Origin: Nitrospira sp.
Lineage (GTDB): Bacteria > Nitrospirota > Nitrospiria > Nitrospirales > Nitrospiraceae
Assembly: GCA_047150005.1 (NCBI GenBank)
Contig: AP038806.1
Location: 2,720,001 to 2,784,000, forward strand
DNA: 64,000 bases
Reading direction: 5' to 3'
The position numbers were made by a program, and so were the translations under genes. The notes under the pieces were generated by a model. The model did not search any database and was not told the DNA's origin. It was given only the letters and a program-made list of their open reading frames with translations. Positions within the stretch are counted from its first letter, which is position 1; each line of letters starts with the position of its first letter. This document shows, one piece after another, positions 58,911 through 64,000 of this stretch.

Positions 58911-59381
58911 TCACTCGCCCTGTGATTGTCGAAGCGCATAGAGGTTGGCTGCTGTACCCACTTTCTGAAGCAATATCTCGCGTGCCGCAGGCTTGCGTAT
59001 CCAGTCACAGACTCCATTCTGCACAATCCCTTCGAGGAACGTTGCATCTGCAGCGCCGCTGAACACGATGATCGGAATGGTCGAGTAGTGCGTCCGGAAA
59101 TGGGCGATGAGCTCTTTCCCGCTGGTCTTTGGCATTTCGAGGTCGACCAACAGGACGCATACCGTGTTGGCGTTCGCCTGGGTGTTCATGATGTCTATGG
59201 CGCTGTGAGAATCCGCTGCCATGAGCACACCATAGCCTTCCCGGCTAAGCACCAAACGGACGGTCTCCCGAATGAGGGGATCGTCATCGACCACTAGGAC
59301 TCTTCCTCGCACGGGGGGGCCATGCAATGCCGGTTTGGTCGGTTCCTCTTGATCAAACGGTGTCATGCCTCTCCTCTTCAT
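58911..59381 (-). CDS. Single-domain response regulator
   Basis: VLVVDDD, VDLEMPK, KP. Confidence 0.88.
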   Translation of the reverse strand: MKRRGMTPFDQEEPTKPALHGPPVRGRVLVVDDDPLIRETVRLVLSREGYGVLMAADSHSAIDIMNTQANANTVCVLLVDLEMPKTSGKELIAHFRTHYSTIPIIVFSGAADATFLEGIVQNGVCDWIRKPAAREILLQKVGTAANLYALRQSQGE

Positions 59382-59467
59382 CGATCTCTCTGCGGAAAAG
59401 GGTGTTACTCGCCGGATGGTTCATCGGTGCGGACGCACTGTACTCTCATGTTTGTCATAGATGGAAC

Positions 59468-59545
59468 ATCCCCAAATGAGGGGGGAACCGGTTCGCTGTC
59501 TCCCGAATGATCGTCCGGTCTCTCTTCCCCTCGTTTGAGGGGATA
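59468..59545. promoter_or_regulatory. Two copies of a CCCCTCA-TT-TGAGGGG-like palindrome between divergent REC genes
   Basis: ATCCCCAAATGAGGGGGGA (59468-86) and TCCCCTCGTTTGAGGGGATA (59526-45). Confidence 0.6.
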
Positions 59546-59667
59546 CCTAGCTTGCGGGGATTGCGGCGACCTGGGAAATGACCTATACATCACCTTAAAA
59601 AGATACAAAATGAGCGGGACCTCCTTCTATGAGCGAATGGTCGGCGTTTGGGACCTCTCCATTGGCT

Positions 59668-60084
59668 ATGACTAAGCGCGAGGACAAGCAGATTGTTCAA
59701 GGTCGTATCCTGGTCGTCGATGATGATCCGCATGTGAGAAAGACGATCCACTTTGCCTTGCAACAAGGAGGGTATGATGTCTGCGAGGCCCAAAACGGCG
59801 AACAGGCCATTGATGCGATTCAGCAGATGTCTTCTGAACAGATGATCGACGTGATCCTTTGCGATCTCGAAATGCCGAAGATGGGCGGCAACAGCGTGAT
59901 TCCCTTCTTCAGGTCCCAATTCCCGACCATTCCCATCATCGTCATGACCGGCTTTCCTGATGTGCAAAATGCGACCGCGCTCTTTAAACAAGGAGTCGTG
60001 GATTACCTCATTAAGCCGGTGGAGCCGGGAACATTGTTAGAGGCGGTGAGGCGGGCGATGGGTGAGCAGGCCATGTTGGGATAG
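59668..60084 (+). CDS. Single-domain response regulator
   Basis: ILVVDDD, CDLEMPKMGG, IKP. Confidence 0.88.
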   Translation: MTKREDKQIVQGRILVVDDDPHVRKTIHFALQQGGYDVCEAQNGEQAIDAIQQMSSEQMIDVILCDLEMPKMGGNSVIPFFRSQFPTIPIIVMTGFPDVQNATALFKQGVVDYLIKPVEPGTLLEAVRRAMGEQAMLG

Positions 60085-60137
60085 GCGACCCTCCGTCAGA
60101 TGAGGCCGGTCCAGAGGTGATGCGCTTCGCCGATGGC

Positions 60138-61499
60138 TCACCGCGGTGCGGCATGCACATGTCCCTGGGGAGCGAGTGGAAGCGCGATGTGGACCGTCGT
60201 TCCGCTCCCGATCTCGCTCTCGACCCACACCTTTCCTCCGTGGGCGTCAACGACATCTTTGACGATCTTCGTGCCGAGCCCCGTTCCTCCCACCTTCGTG
60301 CTCATCGCGCGTTTCGTGAATAGTCGATCGCGGATTTCGGGAGGCATCCCGCGGCCGGTGTCCATGACGGAGACGACAATGCCGCCGTCCTCCCGGCCGT
60401 CTCTTCCCCGAACGGTCACGGTGCCGCCGGCAGAGACTTCGGGGACGGCGTTGTTGACCAGATTGTAGAAGGCATTGTAGAGCCTTCGTTGATCCGCGAT
60501 GATCAGCGGCAGCAGTTCAAGATTCTCGGTTCGTAACGTCACCTTCTTCTCTTGTGCCAGGACGCCCAAAGACTTGAATACGGTCTTGATCACTTCCTGA
60601 ATCTCGCAAGCCGAAAACTCGAGCGGGGAACTGAGTCCCTTGACCGCATCGGCAATCTCTCGTACGCGATCCTGAATCCGGTGTGCGTCATCCTTCAGCA
60701 TTTGGATGACCTCATTGCACAAGTCGCGGCTCGCCTCGGCCCGTTCGGTGTCGATTTCAGGAATGCGTGAGAGGAGATCATTGATTTCGGCCTGCAGGAT
60801 GCCGGCCCCGCAGACGACCGGCATGAGCAGGTTCTTGATGTCATGGCTCACGTCCCCCATCATCTGCGCCACTTCCGCGAGTTTGGCCGCTTCGAAGAGC
60901 CACGTATGTTCAATCGCTGCGGCTGACAGCGCGGAAATGACGATCAGAATGGCCAGATCGTCTCGGTTCAAGCACGTGCCGCCCCGCTTGTTCATGACCT
61001 GAATGACGCCGATCGGATCGCCTTCCCACCGTTTGAGAGGAATCGTAATCATGTCGTGCGTGACCGAGCCGGTCGCTTGGTCGATTTTGGGGAAATGGCG
61101 ATCGTCCGTCTGAGCATCCGGCACAATGTCCGGCAGTCCGGTCTTAAAGACCGTTCCGGCGATGCCTTTGTCCCAGGGGATGGTTGTTCCATGCGGCACC
61201 GGCTTCTCGCCGACCGAATGATAAAAGACCAACTCTTGTTTCTCGGGGTCAGCCAGCAGAATGGACCCGTTCTCTGCGTTCACCACATCCAGCGCGATGG
61301 TGAGTGCGTGCTCGAGCAAATCCTGTAACTTGATCTTTTTGGAAAAGACCTCCGCCATCCGTCGGACGGCGCCGAACTCGATCTCACGACGGCCGAGGAG
61401 CCGCTGAAGGTCCTGTTCACTCGGCAACTGCTGCGGCTGGATGGGTGAAGGATTCGCGACATTGTGTTGCGTCATGGTGATCTTCTCCTTGTGGTGCAA
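60138..61499 (-). CDS. GAF sensor histidine kinase
   Basis: GAF, DVSHDIKNLL, NLVNNA, DTGRGM, GGTGLGT. Confidence 0.92.
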   Translation of the reverse strand: MHHKEKITMTQHNVANPSPIQPQQLPSEQDLQRLLGRREIEFGAVRRMAEVFSKKIKLQDLLEHALTIALDVVNAENGSILLADPEKQELVFYHSVGEKPVPHGTTIPWDKGIAGTVFKTGLPDIVPDAQTDDRHFPKIDQATGSVTHDMITIPLKRWEGDPIGVIQVMNKRGGTCLNRDDLAILIVISALSAAAIEHTWLFEAAKLAEVAQMMGDVSHDIKNLLMPVVCGAGILQAEINDLLSRIPEIDTERAEASRDLCNEVIQMLKDDAHRIQDRVREIADAVKGLSSPLEFSACEIQEVIKTVFKSLGVLAQEKKVTLRTENLELLPLIIADQRRLYNAFYNLVNNAVPEVSAGGTVTVRGRDGREDGGIVVSVMDTGRGMPPEIRDRLFTKRAMSTKVGGTGLGTKIVKDVVDAHGGKVWVESEIGSGTTVHIALPLAPQGHVHAAPR

Positions 61500-61568
61500 A
61501 CCCTTGGCTCATCGACTCCCTGCCCCGCCGTGTCGTGCATGCGACGACCCGCCGATCCTGAGTGGACA

Positions 61569-63080
61569 TTACACCTTGTCCCAATCCGGATGTTCCTTTC
61601 TCGCGCAGGTCGTACAAATGGTATGGGAGAACTGCGCTTCCGAATGCCCTTGAAATAACTGTTCGAGCTCATGCCATTCCCCCTGACTGTCTCGAATCTT
61701 CTTGCAGGACGCGCAAATCGGCACTAACCCGCGGATGGGATTGCTCCCGGATGCGGATTGCAATTCCGCGACGAGCCTCGCCGTTTCCTCCGCGAGCTGT
61801 TTGCGCTCGACGAAATGTCCCACCTTGATGCCGATGTCCGCAAAGGTATGCAACAGCCCGTTATCGGGGGGCCGAATTTCACGGGAGAAGAATTCAATCA
61901 CTCCCAGAACACCCTCGGCGCCTTTGATCGGGAACCCGAATGCGGCGTGCAAGCCGGCCGTTTGCGCCAGCGCCAGTCGTGGAAAATTCTCGTCCTTCTC
62001 CAAGTTCATGATCCAATTCGGTTCACCGCTGGCAAAGACGCGGCCCGGCAATCCGATTCCGGATTCGAAGATCGCCGTGCGACTTGCTTGGAGGAATTCC
62101 TCGATGTGCGGCGGAGCCGAATCCTGCCACACCGTCGCGCAGCGCAATGTCCCGGTTCGTTTGGTCGGCACCCAGATGAGACCGGCCTCCCAGTCCGTGA
62201 GATGGCCGATGGCCTGCAGGAGTTGCGCTCCCGCTTGTTCGATCGTATCCGCTTCCATGAGGACCTGACTGATGGCCAATTGCACAGCCTGCCGGGTTTC
62301 CATCCGTTTCCGGTCCGTGATATCCCGCAGGAATGCGCTGAAGAACCGGCGGCCTTTCGTTTGCCACGACGCGAGTGAGAGCTCCAACGGAAATTCTCTG
62401 TTGGTTTTGCGGAGCCCGTGCAACTCAATCGTCGTTCCAAGTATTCGAGGTTCGCCCGTTTCGCACAGCCGCCGCAGACCCCGTTCATGGGCATCCCGGT
62501 ACCGTTTAGGCATGATCGTCGTCAGTGGAAGACCGAGGGCTTCTTCCTCTCGGTATCCGAACGTTTTCGTGGCGCCGGCATTCCAGTAGACGATGTTCCC
62601 TTCCGCATCAGCCAGGATCAGCGCATCGGGAGTCGATTGCACGACTGAGGTGAGCCGGGCCTCGATATCCGTGAGGCTCTCCTGGGCGTGTTTGTACTTG
62701 ACCTCTTGGCGCGCAATGTACAGGCACGCGGTCCCAAACAACACGAGCAGGATCAGATTGAAAACAAACTGTGATGCCACAACGAACGGAGACGGATCAT
62801 CGAGACCGGAGAAGGCAACGGGATGGGCCCACTGTTCGAGCGCCGTAAGACCGAGAACGAGCCCCGTGACCACCAGCACGGCCCGGCCCCCTCCCCACCA
62901 GAGCGCCGAAATGATCGCGACAGGATAGAGCAACACTCCCACGTGAAGTCGGGGGGTCAGGAAGAGATCGATGACGGCGATGCCTGCAAGCAGAAATCCG
63001 GTGAGCAGCCTGGGGAACAGAGGCCGCGGCATCACGGCCGTCTTGACCAAGAGCTGTTTCAGGTTCGGCCAAGGGTCCAT
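61569..63080 (-). CDS. Membrane PAS-GAF sensor with C-terminal PICxxCKKIR...FSHxICxxC motif and no kinase domain
   Basis: About 4 TM segments, PAS (YWNAGATKTFGY...FPLELS...RDITDRK), GAF, GLVPICASCKKIRD...FSHTICTTC. Confidence 0.87.
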   Translation of the reverse strand: MDPWPNLKQLLVKTAVMPRPLFPRLLTGFLLAGIAVIDLFLTPRLHVGVLLYPVAIISALWWGGGRAVLVVTGLVLGLTALEQWAHPVAFSGLDDPSPFVVASQFVFNLILLVLFGTACLYIARQEVKYKHAQESLTDIEARLTSVVQSTPDALILADAEGNIVYWNAGATKTFGYREEEALGLPLTTIMPKRYRDAHERGLRRLCETGEPRILGTTIELHGLRKTNREFPLELSLASWQTKGRRFFSAFLRDITDRKRMETRQAVQLAISQVLMEADTIEQAGAQLLQAIGHLTDWEAGLIWVPTKRTGTLRCATVWQDSAPPHIEEFLQASRTAIFESGIGLPGRVFASGEPNWIMNLEKDENFPRLALAQTAGLHAAFGFPIKGAEGVLGVIEFFSREIRPPDNGLLHTFADIGIKVGHFVERKQLAEETARLVAELQSASGSNPIRGLVPICASCKKIRDSQGEWHELEQLFQGHSEAQFSHTICTTCARKEHPDWDKV

Positions 63081-63259
63081 ACCTGACCTTGCATCCCGGC
63101 ATGATGTCGGGAGGGTCGGGACGAATGAGTCACCTGCATCCCGCGCAGATCACATGAGAGCGCGAAATCGGCGCGGATATTCTGTCTCGCAGTCGACCCG
63201 TCCAATAGGGGTGACATTATCACCGGGTGGGCTGTTCATGTAAACCCTCACAAACAAGG

Positions 63260-63281
63260 TATCCCCTCATTTGAGGGGATA
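63260..63281. promoter_or_regulatory. Perfect palindrome, putative transcription-factor site
   Basis: TATCCCCTCA-TT-TGAGGGGATA with 10-bp arms. Confidence 0.65.
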
Positions 63282-63371
63282 GTGACATGTCTCAATCGTG
63301 TGGTACTGACTTTCGCGTTCCGGGCAGAGGGCGAAGACCGGCTGAGAAACCTGAACAAGGAGGAAGGCATC

Positions 63372-63776
63372 ATGAGTGTCGGCAGAGTGCTGATTGTGGA
63401 CGACGAAGCCGATATCAGAAAGTCGGTGCGTCTGATCTTGTCGAAGGCAGGGTACGACGTCATCGAAGCTGAAGACGGCGCAGCAGGTGTCAATACCGTG
63501 AAGTCCGGCGACAATCCTCTCTCGCTCAACGCGATCATTTGTGATCTGAACATGCCCAAGATGGGCGGCATGGAAGCGATTCCCTATTTCCGCTCGCAGT
63601 TTCCTTCCTGCCCCGTGATTGTGTTGACCGGAGCCGGCACGGTCGATCGGGCCACCACGCTCTTTAAACAGGGCGTCATCGAGTTTCTGAGCAAGCCCAT
63701 CGATCGAGACAAATTATTGTCGGCAGTCAAGAAGGCGGTCGACATGGGAGGATGGAAAGATTCCTTCTCCGTGTGA
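63372..63776 (+). CDS. Single-domain response regulator
   Basis: VLIVDDE, CDLNMPKMGG, SKP; GGAGGAAGG RBS. Confidence 0.9.
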   Translation: MSVGRVLIVDDEADIRKSVRLILSKAGYDVIEAEDGAAGVNTVKSGDNPLSLNAIICDLNMPKMGGMEAIPYFRSQFPSCPVIVLTGAGTVDRATTLFKQGVIEFLSKPIDRDKLLSAVKKAVDMGGWKDSFSV

Positions 63777-63838
63777 TGGTGAGAGCGGATGCCGACACGA
63801 CTGCGATATACCGCTGGGCATGACTCGCGTTTCTCCGC

Positions 63839-64000
63839 TCACTTCGCTAGATAGACACTGAGATCTTTGTTCATGTCGTACATCTTCCGCGACACGGCGG
63901 CAAGACAGATGGCGTTGTTCTTCCCCTCAAGCTGGTCGCAGACGCGTACCGCGCTGTGCGGGAAAAACTTCGCAATCCGCTCCATGGCGCCATCGATACA
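63839..64000 (-). CDS. 3' end of a hypothetical protein (starts outside the window)
   Basis: Open frame ...CIDGAMERIAKFFPHSAVRVCDQLEGKNNAICLAAVSRKMYDMNKDLSVYLAK*. Confidence 0.55.
   Translation of the reverse strand, partial: CIDGAMERIAKFFPHSAVRVCDQLEGKNNAICLAAVSRKMYDMNKDLSVYLAK

Overview
GC-rich bacterial chromosome segment, most likely Nitrospira/Nitrospirota (inferred from gene complement and protein families, not from a marker gene). The backbone is housekeeping and signalling genes: mazG, ntrY/ntrX-like, purM/purN, htpX, glutathione peroxidase, squalene/phytoene synthase, ferredoxins, ald, a sigma-70 factor, apt, dksA-like, queC, MscS, two tRNA genes and two large two-component/c-di-GMP clusters. 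Three accessory patches interrupt it. (1) 5.3-8.1 kb: a membrane protein plus a secreted caspase-like/FGE-sulfatase (C-type-lectin fold) protein whose last ~115 nt carry the adenine-mutagenesis signature of a diversity-generating-retroelement (DGR) variable region; there is no RT or template repeat in the window. (2) 11.4-15 kb: DUF1566, a His-rich lipoprotein with a SufR-like regulator, repeats, tRNA-Ala and a VapBC module. (3) 40-56.8 kb: a type I secretion island, in which a lipoprotein gene overlaps a 3451-aa RTX protein with an N-terminal GxSxG lipase-like domain, followed by HlyB/HlyD and a MazF-type TA pair. This is the best candidate for an undescribed T1SS-delivered antibacterial effector/immunity (polymorphic toxin) system. 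Also found: a 135-bp palindromic element duplicating the tRNA-Pro 3' end, a ~65-bp motif repeated downstream of both tRNA genes, and a shared palindromic operator upstream of three paralogous single-domain response regulators. No CRISPR array, rRNA or intact transposase was seen. All family names come from motif recognition, not database searches.
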